Notes: a model not told the origin generated them from the sequence alone. A stretch of 64,000 bases of DNA from an uncultured Alphaproteobacteria bacterium (GCA_963726555.1 CAVSCT010000021.1:373302-437301); one strand, 5' to 3'. Numbered from the stretch's first letter, positions 41,009 to 51,244 are shown. Program-made: numbers and translations.

Positions 41009-42166
41009 ATGAAGTACGACCACGAGATCCTGCTGCTGCAGGGCGGTGGTGCGCTTGGAGCTTACCAAGCCGGCGTATTTGAAGGCCTTGTCGAAGCGGG
41101 GGTGGAACCGAGCTGGGTCGTCGGCATCTCGATCGGCGCCATCAACGCAGCGCTAATTGTCGGCAATCCGCCGGAGCGGCGGGTGGAGCGACTGCGTGAG
41201 TTCTGGCGGCGCATCTCGGTAAATGATGGGCCTTCCTTGCCGCCATGGCTCGACGCGCTTCGCCCCACCGTCAATTACATGGCTGCAATGTCAGCTGCCA
41301 CCATCGGCGTCCCAGGATTCTACCGACCTCGCATGCCGCCAGTGTCGTTCGCCGCGGACGGGACCGAAGGCGCCCTGAGTGTGTACGACACAACTCCGCT
41401 CAAGGCGACGTTAGACGAGTTAGTGGATTTCGATTTGCTCAATCGCGGGCAAGTTCGGCTCTCAGTGGGTGCCGCGAACGTATGCAAGGGCACCTCAAAC
41501 TATTTCGATACGCGCACCACCGTTATCAACTCGGACCATATCCGGGCCAGTGGCGCTCTGCCCCCCGGCTTCCCGCCGGTGATGATCGATGGCGAACACT
41601 ACTGGGACGGCGGAATGGTCTCCAACACGCCAATCACTTACGTGGTAGACGAAAAACCATTGACGACCGCCCGCATCATTCAGGTCGATACCTTCAACGC
41701 CCAAGGAGGACTACCGCAGAATTTAAGCCAGGTATCGGAACGGGCCAAAGACATCCAGTACGCGAGCAGGAATCGTTTCAACATCGAACGAATTCAGGAA
41801 TTTGGCGAGCTTGCTGCTGCGGCTCGAAGGTTGATAGGCAGACTGCCGCCAGAGCTCAAGTCTGATCCCGACGCACAGAAACTAGCTGCCGCCTGCGACG
41901 AGAGAAGCTGGCTAATCATTCGCCTGATTAATACGCGCCCCTCACGCTCTGGCTTCGTAAAGGACTTCGAATTTTCACGCACGACTGTTGAGGAAGCCTG
42001 GGCAGCTGGCGTGGAAGACGTCCGCCGTTCCGTTTCGGGCTGGGACAAAGTCCGGCCCGAGGATCTTGGCCCCGAGATTAAAGTTTACCGCCCGACCGAA
42101 ACTCTGCCATCACCTGCGCAGGTGTCCGGTCGGAAAAAGACTAGGTTCGTGCCTTGGCGGCACTGA
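41009..42166 (+). CDS. Patatin-like phospholipase with DUF3734-like C-terminus
   Basis: LQGGGALGAYQAG, GISIG, ASGALPPGFP, YWDGG, KDFEFSR. Confidence 0.85.
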   Translation: MKYDHEILLLQGGGALGAYQAGVFEGLVEAGVEPSWVVGISIGAINAALIVGNPPERRVERLREFWRRISVNDGPSLPPWLDALRPTVNYMAAMSAATIGVPGFYRPRMPPVSFAADGTEGALSVYDTTPLKATLDELVDFDLLNRGQVRLSVGAANVCKGTSNYFDTRTTVINSDHIRASGALPPGFPPVMIDGEHYWDGGMVSNTPITYVVDEKPLTTARIIQVDTFNAQGGLPQNLSQVSERAKDIQYASRNRFNIERIQEFGELAAAARRLIGRLPPELKSDPDAQKLAAACDERSWLIIRLINTRPSRSGFVKDFEFSRTTVEEAWAAGVEDVRRSVSGWDKVRPEDLGPEIKVYRPTETLPSPAQVSGRKKTRFVPWRH

Positions 42167-42252
42167 CTCGTCCGCCACCAGCACCGCTAAGATCGATAAG
42201 GTATCAGCACGCAACGCTGTCATTACTTTGAACTGCGGTAGCGACACTACAG

Positions 42253-43008
42253 TTGGCAAAGTCGCCGTTTGCGAAGCTCTCGAAGACTTGGGATGCTGCC
42301 GTGAAGGACTGGGGTCACACAAAGCGAGATTGTCGGAGGCGGAGGGGTGTCCTCGCGGTACTTCTCGCAACCGTGCTCGGAGGGTGTGCCTATAACGGCC
42401 TCGGCCCCATCGATGAGCACTACGAGAACTACAAGGCGCGCATGCCGGAGTACGACACCGTCGACGTGTGCAGCGCCTACGGCTGCCGCACGCAAACGCC
42501 GTTCCACTTCACGCCCGCGGACATCGCTACGCTCGAAAACATGATGTCGGCGTCCCACACGAAGACGCCCGCGGATGAGCGCCAAGCCGCTCGGACGACG
42601 CTAGCCTGGATGGAGCGGCGCGTGGGTGACGCGGTCGGCACTTCCGCCGACCGACCCGGCGATGACCTTTCCGGCAACGGCGATCCGACGCAAATGGACT
42701 GCGTAGACGTTGCCACCAACATGACGAGCTATCTCTTGATCCTCGAAGGCCACAAGCTCTTGCGGCACCACGCGGTCGGAGCGGTTTACAGCAAGGAGGA
42801 CTTGCGGCGCGGGCTGTCCGGCTGGCTGCACTACGCCGCCATCCTCCTCGAGAACAAGACGGGCCAGCGCTTTGCGGTGGACGGCTGGCTTCTCGCGAGT
42901 GGCAAGCCGCCGGAGATCGTGGAGGCCGAGAAGTGGTACATCGATGACTCCAACATCCTGTTCAGCAACTCGGCCCCTGTCAGCCCGGGAACCCAACCAG
43001 TCCGCTAG
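42253..43008 (+). CDS. Conserved hypothetical lipoprotein (possible Cys-His-Asp transglutaminase-like fold)
   Basis: LGGC lipobox, CSAYGC, QMDCVD, LHYAA, AVDGW; start uncertain. Confidence 0.6.
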   Translation: MAKSPFAKLSKTWDAAVKDWGHTKRDCRRRRGVLAVLLATVLGGCAYNGLGPIDEHYENYKARMPEYDTVDVCSAYGCRTQTPFHFTPADIATLENMMSASHTKTPADERQAARTTLAWMERRVGDAVGTSADRPGDDLSGNGDPTQMDCVDVATNMTSYLLILEGHKLLRHHAVGAVYSKEDLRRGLSGWLHYAAILLENKTGQRFAVDGWLLASGKPPEIVEAEKWYIDDSNILFSNSAPVSPGTQPVR

Positions 43009-43137
43009 TAATGTAGGGCGCCGACGCGCGCACATTTCGCCGATTGCCACGGACCGATGGCTAAGATTCCAAGGACCACATTTTGGTCGCGTTCAGGCTC
43101 AAACTGATGCTCGGCGGGGCAACGCAAGAGGATTGCT

Positions 43138-43528
43138 ATGCCCGAACGAGTGCAGTTGCAGCGTTTAAGGGGCTGGCGCATGCCACCCCACACGCGCAAA
43201 GTTGACCGCACGACTATCTTTGGAAACCCCTTCGAGTTCGGTCAGGTACGACGCCAGTGACGCCGTGAGCAGCCACCGTCTCTGGCTTACTGGGGTCATG
43301 ACAGATGAAGAGATTGAGGCGCGATACGCAAGTATCGTCGCCAAGCACCTGATCGCACGACGGCGCAGGGTTTTGGCTTCGTTACCTCAGTTGCGCGGAA
43401 TGAACCTGGCGTGCTGGTGCTCCAGGATCCGGCCTTGCCATGCAGATCTGTTGTTGAGGCTCGTTAATAACGAAAATACGGATCATCCCACACAAGCGGC
43501 ACCGACGGCTGCGCTATCGCCTTTTTAG
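43138..43528 (+). CDS. DUF4326-like protein (frameshifted)
   Basis: MPERVQL.R..GWRMP...VDR.T.FGNPF and LRGMNLACWC....CHADLL. Confidence 0.7.
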
Positions 43529-44351
43529 ATAGCGACTTGAGCCGTCGTTTGGCCTGGCATGAGCGTAGACGCTGGTCGTCTTTAGGTCGGCATGTCCGAG
43601 AGTCTGTGACACGAGCGTGATCTGCGCCCTCATCGATGGCGTGGCTGGCATGGGCATGTCGCAACCAGTGGGCCGAGACCGCCATGTTGATTCCGGCGCG
43701 CTTCGCCGTCGCCTTCATGATGTAGTTGATGCGCCGCTCCGTGATCGGGAACACCCGCGCCGAAGGCGGGGCATCGCCGCGCTGCTCGCGCAATGCTGCC
43801 GCCAGATCGGCGGGGATCAGGATGTTTCTCGGTTTGTCGCCCTTGCCGACGATGGCAAGCTGGGCTTCGCCAGTCTCGCGCGGAATAACCTGGGACCAGA
43901 TGAGACCGGCAAGCTCAGAGACGCGCAGCGCGCCGAAATACCCAACCTCCAGCATGAGCTGATCGCGTCTCGACCTCGCGGCACGGAGCAGGTGGTGTAT
44001 GTTGGTCCCGGCAGCCGCCAGGGCTTCGATGAAGCGGCGGCCGATGCGTTCATAGGCGCGCAGGGTGTGGCGCGACCCGTCCGCATGCGACTTGAGCCAC
44101 ACCGTGAGAAGGTCGAGGTCGGTCGTCACTCAACCTGGGAGAGAAGGCGCTGCGCTGTCTTGCGCGGGGCCTTCCTAAGCTTGACCAACGGCGCGGCATT
44201 GAAGCGGGTGAACCCCACCTTGTGGGCGAAGCCGAGGAGAGCTTTCACGGCGGCGACGTAGGTGTTGAGGGTCGCGGCACTGCTCATCGCGCCGTCAGCC
44301 TTCGTCCGCATCGCCTCAAGCGCATTCTGCACGTCCTCGACAGTGGCCCGC
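43514..44351 (-). pseudogene. XerC/D-like tyrosine recombinase, rearranged
   Basis: Catalytic LRVSEL, KGDK, HWLRH, LGHA, SVY all present; the N-terminal segments are out of order. Confidence 0.75.
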
Positions 44352-44444
44352 CCTGGACAACAGCGGGCTGGTCGTAGCGAAGGTCGGGTAAAGGGGAACC
44401 TCCAAAATGCGGGTCTCAGCAACGGGTGCGCCCCGGGGAGCTAC

Positions 44445-45473
44445 TCAGTAGACGCCGCCGAGGCTCAGCATGAGGTTATAGTGCGGCGTGCCGGGCCCCT
44501 CGTGGCGGTAGCTTCGGGCACGCTGCGGTGGGGCGTCATCCGCGAAACCACGACGATGATCAGGATGACTCATGACCACCGGCGGTTTCACTGCGCCTGC
44601 GTTGGGATCGACGACAGCGGCCGCGCCTCCCGGCGTAGTGGGCGGCGCACTCTGTTGCGCGTCAACCGATGTGGGGACTGGGCCCCCGATCGCCATGTGG
44701 CCTGGCAGCGGTTCGGTAGAGACCACCACCGTTGGCACCGGCTTGAACAACGGCTGTCCCGCAGGGGCGCCCGGCACCGCGTTGGCCTTCCAGGGGAGCA
44801 CTTCCTTCTGCGCCGCGGTGACCGTCTGCGCCGTGATGGGAAGCCCGACGCAGCGTCCCGATGCCGATAGCGATTGGCCGGCCGGGCATGCGCCGCACAC
44901 CTTGTCGCTGTGCGACTGAATGAGCGTGAGCTGGACGTAGTCCGGTTGATCGAGCGGCAACGTCGCGTTGACGCGATTGATAAACTCCTTCATCGCGTCT
45001 TTGGTGGCATAGCCCCACGAGCCATCTATGCGGCCCCAATAGCAGCCGACGCGCCGCAACTGCTGCTGGATGTCGAGAGCGAGCTTGTAGCGTGCATCGG
45101 GATCGCGCGGCGCAAGCTCAGTTGGCGCAGGCGTTGCGGCGGAGACGACCGTCGTCTGCCAACCCGTCTGCGCGTCGCTGGCGATGGGGGCTTGCGCTGG
45201 CTGCGGTGCCGGTGCGGAAGCTGCCGTCGCAAGACCCGGCCCGCGCCGCGCAGCAGGCATCGACAGGGCGACGGAAGGCGAGAACGAACGCAGGCGAGAG
45301 ACCGGGGTGAAGTTGGCAGGTGGCAGCCGGGCAGAGCGCAATGCGGCTACGCGCTGCAGGCGGTGGAGCGAAGCTCCGCTGTCGACGGGCGCCGGCAGGT
45401 AAACGAACAGCGCCACGCCAATTCCTGCCAACAGTGTAATGCCGCCGAGGCTATGCATCGACTTTACCGGCAC
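44445..45473 (-). CDS. Membrane-anchored protein with peptidoglycan-binding-like domain and Cys cluster
   Basis: N-terminal TM; IQQQLRRVGCY.G.IDG.WG..T..AM..F; CGACPAGQ. Confidence 0.6.
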   Translation of the reverse strand: MPVKSMHSLGGITLLAGIGVALFVYLPAPVDSGASLHRLQRVAALRSARLPPANFTPVSRLRSFSPSVALSMPAARRGPGLATAASAPAPQPAQAPIASDAQTGWQTTVVSAATPAPTELAPRDPDARYKLALDIQQQLRRVGCYWGRIDGSWGYATKDAMKEFINRVNATLPLDQPDYVQLTLIQSHSDKVCGACPAGQSLSASGRCVGLPITAQTVTAAQKEVLPWKANAVPGAPAGQPLFKPVPTVVVSTEPLPGHMAIGGPVPTSVDAQQSAPPTTPGGAAAVVDPNAGAVKPPVVMSHPDHRRGFADDAPPQRARSYRHEGPGTPHYNLMLSLGGVY

Positions 45474-45620
45474 TAAATTAAAGCGGCTTGACCGCCTTGA
45501 TCAGCATCGTTGAGTGCGGCGCAAAAATTGCCATGCGCCGCGTTGGCGGGCTTTGGCGCGGCCGTACCGTCGGAACCCGACCCCGCGTTCGCGCGCGTTA
45601 TCGTGTCAGTGCGATGTTAC

Positions 45621-45807
45621 TCAGCGGAGGATGCGGCGCGCCGCCCGATAACGAAGGTATGGGTGATGGCCACGATAGGAGCGGTAGGGCCGGTAGTAGT
45701 GGGTCCCCGCGACCGCTGAGTAGCCAGCACCGTAGTGACACGCGCCCGCCGGCGTGGATGCTGCCAACAGAAACACTGCGGATAGGCTGAGGAATAGCGT
45801 CTTCATG
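45621..45807 (-). CDS. Small exported Tyr/Arg/His-rich peptide
   Basis: GGAGG RBS; MKTLFLSLSAVFLLAASTPAGA then CHYG...HYYRPYRSYRGHHPYLRYR. Confidence 0.5.
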
Positions 45808-46482
45808 GACTTCCTCCATGTGCTACCCCCGTCCAAACTTTTTCTAGCACATTTCAGGCGATGACGAATAGCCCTAGTCGAACTGAGCGCCAAGGTGCGC
45901 AGCGCGTTACCACGTCTCGAACGTGCTACTAATTACAGATTGCGCGCCAATCGCCCGACATCACGCATCTTCGGCAGGAAGGCACCTGAGGCGTGCCATG
46001 GCCGATTCAGATCCTACCAACCGCGTCTTCATTGACCGCACGGTCGAAGCCGTTATTCGGATCGCGGTGATCGCTGTTTCCGGGTTATCAGATGCTCGAG
46101 GCTGCGGTTGGCGGTCGACGATTCGCAGCCGCTGTATTGGTTACCCTCTTCATGCTTGTGATGCTGGTTGTGCCTTCTGTACTGCTCGGCGACTCTCTGG
46201 TGACCGGTGTTCAACAAACTCGTGGACTCTTTTCAAAGCGGGAGCAGATTTGAAGGTCGCTCCATCCGCTGACAAGTTTCTCCCGAGCGCGCGGTAGATT
46301 GTTTCCGTGGCGCGTCGATGCACTGTACTGGCTACAGGTTCGAGAGTAAGTTCGCCCCATGCTGGTCCAACTGGATTGGCACTCTCCCCTGAACCCGGAT
46401 GATGGTCGCATCCAGCCATCATCCGGTCTCTAACCGCTCATCTGCCGCTTACTACCTTCTGTTCTTACCTGGGAGGCTTCCG

Positions 46483-46737
46483 ATGATTGCGCCTGAATTT
46501 GTGATCGCCTGGATTATTATTGGAGCCATCGCTGGTTGGCTCGCTGGCCTGCTGGTGAAGGGCTATGGGTTTGGCATTGTTGGAAACATCATCGTCGGAA
46601 TTTTAGGGGCGGCCATTGCGGGATTCCTGGTACCCCGGCTCGGGCTTCATACGGCATCGACGGTAGGGAACATCGTGGCGGCAACCATTGGCGCAATCAT
46701 TCTGCTTCTCATTGTCGGCCTTTTCCGCCGAGCATGA
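46483..46737 (+). CDS. GlsB/YeaQ/YmgE stress membrane protein
   Basis: WIIIGAIAGWLAG....G.G..GNIIVGILGA...ATIGAIILL; GGGAGG RBS. Confidence 0.88.
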   Translation: MIAPEFVIAWIIIGAIAGWLAGLLVKGYGFGIVGNIIVGILGAAIAGFLVPRLGLHTASTVGNIVAATIGAIILLLIVGLFRRA

Positions 46738-47365
46738 GGAGAAAAAACCTTTCCGAGCGACGCACGGGGTGCCTTGAGTGTGCGGAGGCTCAGGCGGCTC
46801 CGACGGCCACTTCTTTGAGTGGAGTGCTTCATTCAGACCGCATTTTCGACTGCCATCACATCAGACATTGATAGTTCCTTTGAACCAACCTCGCAGCCCT
46901 CTTCCATCGCGGCTCGTGTCCATCGGCCCACTCGTTCCCACTCAAAAGTCGCTGATGTCTCGGCGCGCGATGTGTTCAACTGTAGCTTCGGTGTGTTCAC
47001 GGTCGCTTCCAATTGAAAGACATCCGCTCAACGTAGTGGCTGGACTTCACCTGGCGGCGAGCCGAGCTTTTAGGGAGCCCACGCGTGCCAGCACGAGAGG
47101 CATCTCAGTTGTGCCTGGATTGGCAAAGCAGACTTCGATGCCGTAACGACCGGCGGTGGTGACCGGGGCCTCCGCTCCGTTCATAGGACCACCGATTGAG
47201 GGCGCAAAGACGGGTGCCGTCGAGCTGGCCTGCTCATGTACCCACCAACACGCGCACGCGGCTCATTGGTTGCCCCCGTTTTGTCACTCGCAGCGGGTAC
47301 GTAAGCTATCTGGCTGTACTTGCAGCGTATACACGGACTAGCTGAACCTCATTGGGAGAACAGTG

Positions 47366-47902
47366 ATGTTGCTCACAAAGCATCCGGTGTTGCTGGTCGC
47401 GGTCCTGGCTGTGGGGGGACACGCACAGGCTCAGTTCAAGGGCATCGCTGAACCCACGCCTGCGATACCAGCGGCGCCGATGGCGGCGCCAGCGCCCGGC
47501 ACGGCTCTCGATCTTGGGATAGCGACTGCGCCCATTACTTCAGCCCCAAGCGTTGCGCCCGAAGTTGATGTTCCGGCAACCGCGCCCGCCGCTGCCCCTG
47601 AGACCACAGGGGCGATCCCCGCTACCGCGCCGACCGCGATGGTTCCTGGATGCCCCGATGGACCGGACTGCCCACCCGAGCCTGAGGGGTTTAGCGATGC
47701 GGACAAGGAGATGCTGAAGGAGTTTGCGAAGTGCGAGGTCGAGGAGAAGTCGCTTGATAGGTGCTTGTCCGATGATCCTCCGCCGCCACACCTCGGCCAG
47801 CTCACGCAGGAGGATCGTGCGCTGCTCGCGCAATGCCTCGGGTCGACCGATCTCTCGGCCACGAAGGAGCGGTGGAGCGGTTGCTTGGTCGGGGCAGACT
47901 AG
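47366..47902 (+). CDS. Exported Pro/Ala-rich hypothetical protein with six Cys
   Basis: GGGAG RBS, signal peptide (AHAQA-like cleavage site), PA-rich linker, Cys-containing C-terminal domain. Confidence 0.55.
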   Translation: MLLTKHPVLLVAVLAVGGHAQAQFKGIAEPTPAIPAAPMAAPAPGTALDLGIATAPITSAPSVAPEVDVPATAPAAAPETTGAIPATAPTAMVPGCPDGPDCPPEPEGFSDADKEMLKEFAKCEVEEKSLDRCLSDDPPPPHLGQLTQEDRALLAQCLGSTDLSATKERWSGCLVGAD

Positions 47903-48283
47903 AACGACATCAGTGTGTTTGGTACTGATCGCGCAATCCATCGATGGATTTTTTGGACGCCCTAAACGCGCTCTTACGCATCAAGGGATTTCACTCGTTA
48001 GCGAAGGTTGAGCCCAACCTCATCGGGCCTATAAAGACCCACTTTCGTATCAACGACGCAGTACCCCTCGCGCGCTAAAGCGTGCCGGTAGTTCAGCTAC
48101 CTGGTACGCGAGGCAAAGATGCGTATCCATAAGCTTGGCAAAGCGGCGGCCTCGACGTCTGCGATGGGCTATAAATGGACGTGACACGAAGAAGTCCCAG
48201 ACGTCATTTTAGCACCTCGTGCCAAGGGACGAAACCCGGCGCGACTCCGTTGTTCTGCGGCAATTCAACCGAAGGAGGATTTG

Positions 48284-48470
48284 ATGGCCGACGACAAGAC
48301 TAAGAAGTTGGCGGACGCGAAGCGCATAAGCCTGAAAGAGGATTACGAGTTTGAGTATTGGAAGAAGCGTTTCAGAGTTCAGCGGGCAGGCACTTTCTGG
48401 GGCTGTGCGCTCGGTCGGACACATGGTCAAGGACGTCGAGGTTTACCTCAAAGAGAAAAAGAAGAAGTAG
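48284..48470 (+). CDS. DUF3606-like small protein (frameshifted)
   Basis: MADDKTK...D.KRISL.EDYEFEYWKKRF.V..., then AVRSVG...DVEVYL; AAGGAGG RBS. Confidence 0.7.
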
Positions 48471-48558
48471 GGCTCCTTCCAGGGAAAGCGAACGGCGCGT
48501 GGCTTCATGGTCTGCACACTAAGGAAAGCGTCGCAGAGCGACGACGAGAGACGGCGCG

Positions 48559-49956
48559 TCAGTGCTTCTTTCCCGCCTTCGGCTTTTTGCGGTTCTTGTC
48601 GGCCAACCAGACGATGAGGCGAGCATGATCGCCCTTGGTTTGCTCCGCGTAGGCCATTGCGAAGCTCGCCAAAGCATCGTCCAAGGCTTCGGATCTCCCC
48701 ATATAGCCGGCAAGAACGGCGGGATCGCCCGAGCGCGCGTGGGCGCGCGCCAATGTGCGGCCACATAACGTCGCATAAGCCCAGAGCGCGTTGCCTTCTA
48801 TGACTTCGCCAATCGACCCCAGTCGCCGGTTCTTGAGGTGGCGGACGTAAAAGAACCGCCCCGCCTTCTGGTCTTCGGTCCAGCCCAGGAAAATATCGCT
48901 GGCCGCCTGCATGATCCGCTGACCCTCGACCACCCGCCGACCTTGATGGGCGATGGGCGTCTTCCGCTTGCCGATCCATTCAAGTACCGATGTTTGAGCC
49001 TCCTTGATCTGAAGGAACATAGGCTCAGCGTCGGCCGTCACGAAGAGTCCAATGGCGCAGAATGTCCCCACACTGCCGACGCCGACGACCTTGAAGGCGA
49101 GATCGCAGAGCCTATAGCGGTCGAGAAGAACACGCCGGTCAGGAGGCAATGTTTCGCGATAGGCCGAAAATGCCGAGCGCGCCCGGATTGTATGTCGTGC
49201 ATCCGCCGCACCGTCTAAATGATAGATCGTGGGCGGGCGATCCTCGATACGAGGACCGTCGCCCTTGGTGCTGGCCAGATGCGGGAAGTTGTCGTCAGCC
49301 GCCAAATCCCTTTTGGCCTTTTTCAGCGTTCCCAAGATCCTGCCGCGTAGCTTGAGATCGTCAATCAGCTTGACCTCACGTTCGAGCTCCATGCGAGTGT
49401 GCCAAACTTCAAGCGGTGCCAGTTTGGCGAGGTTTCCGATGAATTCTCGATAGGCTTGGGTTGTCGATTTGGCGATCGACCTTGCCTGCTTATCGCTCAT
49501 TCCCGCATCGAATGCGGCCACCGCGACGCTCGCGACGAGCCGCTTGATGTCCACGGCGAAGTCCACCCCCGGTAGCGTTTCGTCAAAATCGTTGATGTCG
49601 AACAGGACTTCGTCTTCGGGAGTCTCGAAGGCCCCAAAATTTATCAGGTGACAGTCCCCACAGGCCTGAACAGGAATGCCGACCTGGGGCATTTGCGCCA
49701 AGTCCGCCGCCATGACCGCCGCGGCCCCACGCAGGAAAGCGAACGGGGAAACCGCCATTCGCTCGTAACGGATCGGTAGAAGTTCAGGGATGCGCGTTTC
49801 GTTCGTTTTAGAAAGGATGGTCACTGGATCGCGCTTGTCGGTCACGGCGTAGTCGGCGTGACTCTCGCGCGATACCGTTGAGCGAAGCGCCTTCCCTGAA
49901 CGGTAACGTTCGGCCCGCGATTGCAGAGCGTATTTATCGCTTTTCGCCCGAGCCAT
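48559..49956 (-). CDS. DUF2252 family protein (kinase-like)
   Basis: RM..SPFAFLRGAA..MA.DL, CGDCHL.NFG, FDINDFDE, KVVGVGSVG, LARAHARSGD. Confidence 0.88.
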   Translation of the reverse strand: MARAKSDKYALQSRAERYRSGKALRSTVSRESHADYAVTDKRDPVTILSKTNETRIPELLPIRYERMAVSPFAFLRGAAAVMAADLAQMPQVGIPVQACGDCHLINFGAFETPEDEVLFDINDFDETLPGVDFAVDIKRLVASVAVAAFDAGMSDKQARSIAKSTTQAYREFIGNLAKLAPLEVWHTRMELEREVKLIDDLKLRGRILGTLKKAKRDLAADDNFPHLASTKGDGPRIEDRPPTIYHLDGAADARHTIRARSAFSAYRETLPPDRRVLLDRYRLCDLAFKVVGVGSVGTFCAIGLFVTADAEPMFLQIKEAQTSVLEWIGKRKTPIAHQGRRVVEGQRIMQAASDIFLGWTEDQKAGRFFYVRHLKNRRLGSIGEVIEGNALWAYATLCGRTLARAHARSGDPAVLAGYMGRSEALDDALASFAMAYAEQTKGDHARLIVWLADKNRKKPKAGKKH

Positions 49957-50081
49957 GCTGCACGCCTTCGCCTCCGCAAATCGGGAGGAAAGACTAGCTT
50001 TTGTTTGCCCGCTCGTATCGCGCATGCAGTTGGTCCTGCGCGAGTTCTCCCAAGGCGGACTATGCTAATCGCCGATTGGAA

Positions 50082-50151
50082 ACTGCTACCGCGAACTGCT
50101 ACTGTGCGTAGCAGTAGCAGTCATATTTATTTCGGGTATATCAATGATTTA
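50082..50151. repeat. ACTGCTAC/GTAGCAGT direct and inverted octamers plus IHF consensus site
   Basis: ACTGCTAC at 50082 and 50095; GTAGCAGT at 50108 and 50114; TATCAATGATTTA at 50139-50151. Confidence 0.55.
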
Positions 50152-50410
50152 CAGTGTCGAGTGACCCCGTCCCCCACGGGGCGCCAGCACACGATTACAG
50201 CACAGATCGTCCCCAACTTTTTGATTGCGCAGCGGTTTCTCAACCTCCTCTGTTAGTCGCAACTGTTACACAGGAGGGCGACTTGTCGCCGTTTCGCATG
50301 CCTTGTGCATGGCGCCGGGCTAGCTTGCAGTGTGCCCCACTGCCCTGCTACACACGCAAATTCGGGTCGGCCCTAAGATCTAGCAGAATCAGCGAGTTAG
50401 GACAGTGAAA

Positions 50411-50433
50411 TTCGAGTCCTCTTCTTGGCACCA
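50411..50433 (+). repeat. attR: duplicated 3' end of tRNA-Leu
   Basis: 22/23 identity to 33552-33574; IHF-like AATCAGCGAGTTA at 50387-50399. Confidence 0.9.
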
Positions 50434-50552
50434 CCGCCGAAATTCGCATCGCAGATTGTAAAATTCGCCATCCTGCAGACGACGAAGACGTGGTTGTCGC
50501 CAACGGAGCGCAGGGACTGGTATCTCATTCGCTTGCCACGTAGCTTGAGCCC

Positions 50553-50745
50553 ATGTGCGACCTCTACTCAATGACGCGAAACCGCGAGGCGATCCTGCGG
50601 CCGTTCCGCATCTCCGACAACGGAGCCGCTAGCTTTGCTCCAGAGGATGCAATCTTCTCCGGCTATCAAGCATCGGTCGTGCGCAAAGCCACCGACGGTA
50701 AGCGCGAGCTCACCTTTGCTCAACTGGGGCTTCGTGCTTCTGCGA
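50553..50745 (+). pseudogene. SRAP (SOS response-associated peptidase) N-terminal remnant
   Basis: MC.LYS start with Cys2; I..GY.A.VVR...DG.REL..., then NWGFVL in a shifted frame; truncated. Confidence 0.6.
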
Positions 50746-51244
50746 CCGCGCGTAGAGGGCAACCACTAGCGAAACCTGCGAGCAACGCGCTCCGAGGCCC
50801 TCCCGGGGCGCGTCCCAAATCACCTTCCATCCCGACGAGATCTAAGGCGACCGCATCACAGCCTGCGGTCAAGGGGCCCTCGCCCCTGCAGACGAGCCTC
50901 ACCGCAAGACCAAATGAAGCCTGCGAGCGGCGTTAATTGCTGGGAGAGCAGTTAGGCCGCGCGCTCACGAGATCGGTCCATCAAGCAACGCGGACTCAAC
51001 CGAATTGAGACGTCTGTGGCTTACTTGAGCGGCGCGGGCTCAGGGCCGCGATCGCCGAATTTGTAGCTTAGAGGCGCGCGGACGATATCGATGTCGCCAT
51101 CGATGTCCTCCGTAAGGATACTGGGCGCCCCCAATTCATTGTGACGCTCTGTGCCTAATGCGGCTCGCGGATGCGGTCAAATGACTATCGCGCTAAAGCA
51201 CGCCGAGCCTGGCTCTAGGAAGGGATGATTTCCCGGGCGCGACT

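Larger units (their letters stand above)
33552..50433. mobile_element. tRNA-Leu-integrated genomic island (~16.9 kb)
   Basis: Direct repeat TTCGAGTCCTCTTCT(G/T)GGCACCA at 33552-33574 and 50411-50433; P4-type integrase next to the tRNA; visibly lower GC. Confidence 0.88.

Noticed and set aside
45998-46080. Possible AI-2E transporter N-terminal fragment (MADSD...DRTVEAVIRIAVIA)
   Set aside because: Too short to support without a search
33552-50433. Prophage or ICE
   Set aside because: No structural, replication, relaxase or type IV secretion genes recognised
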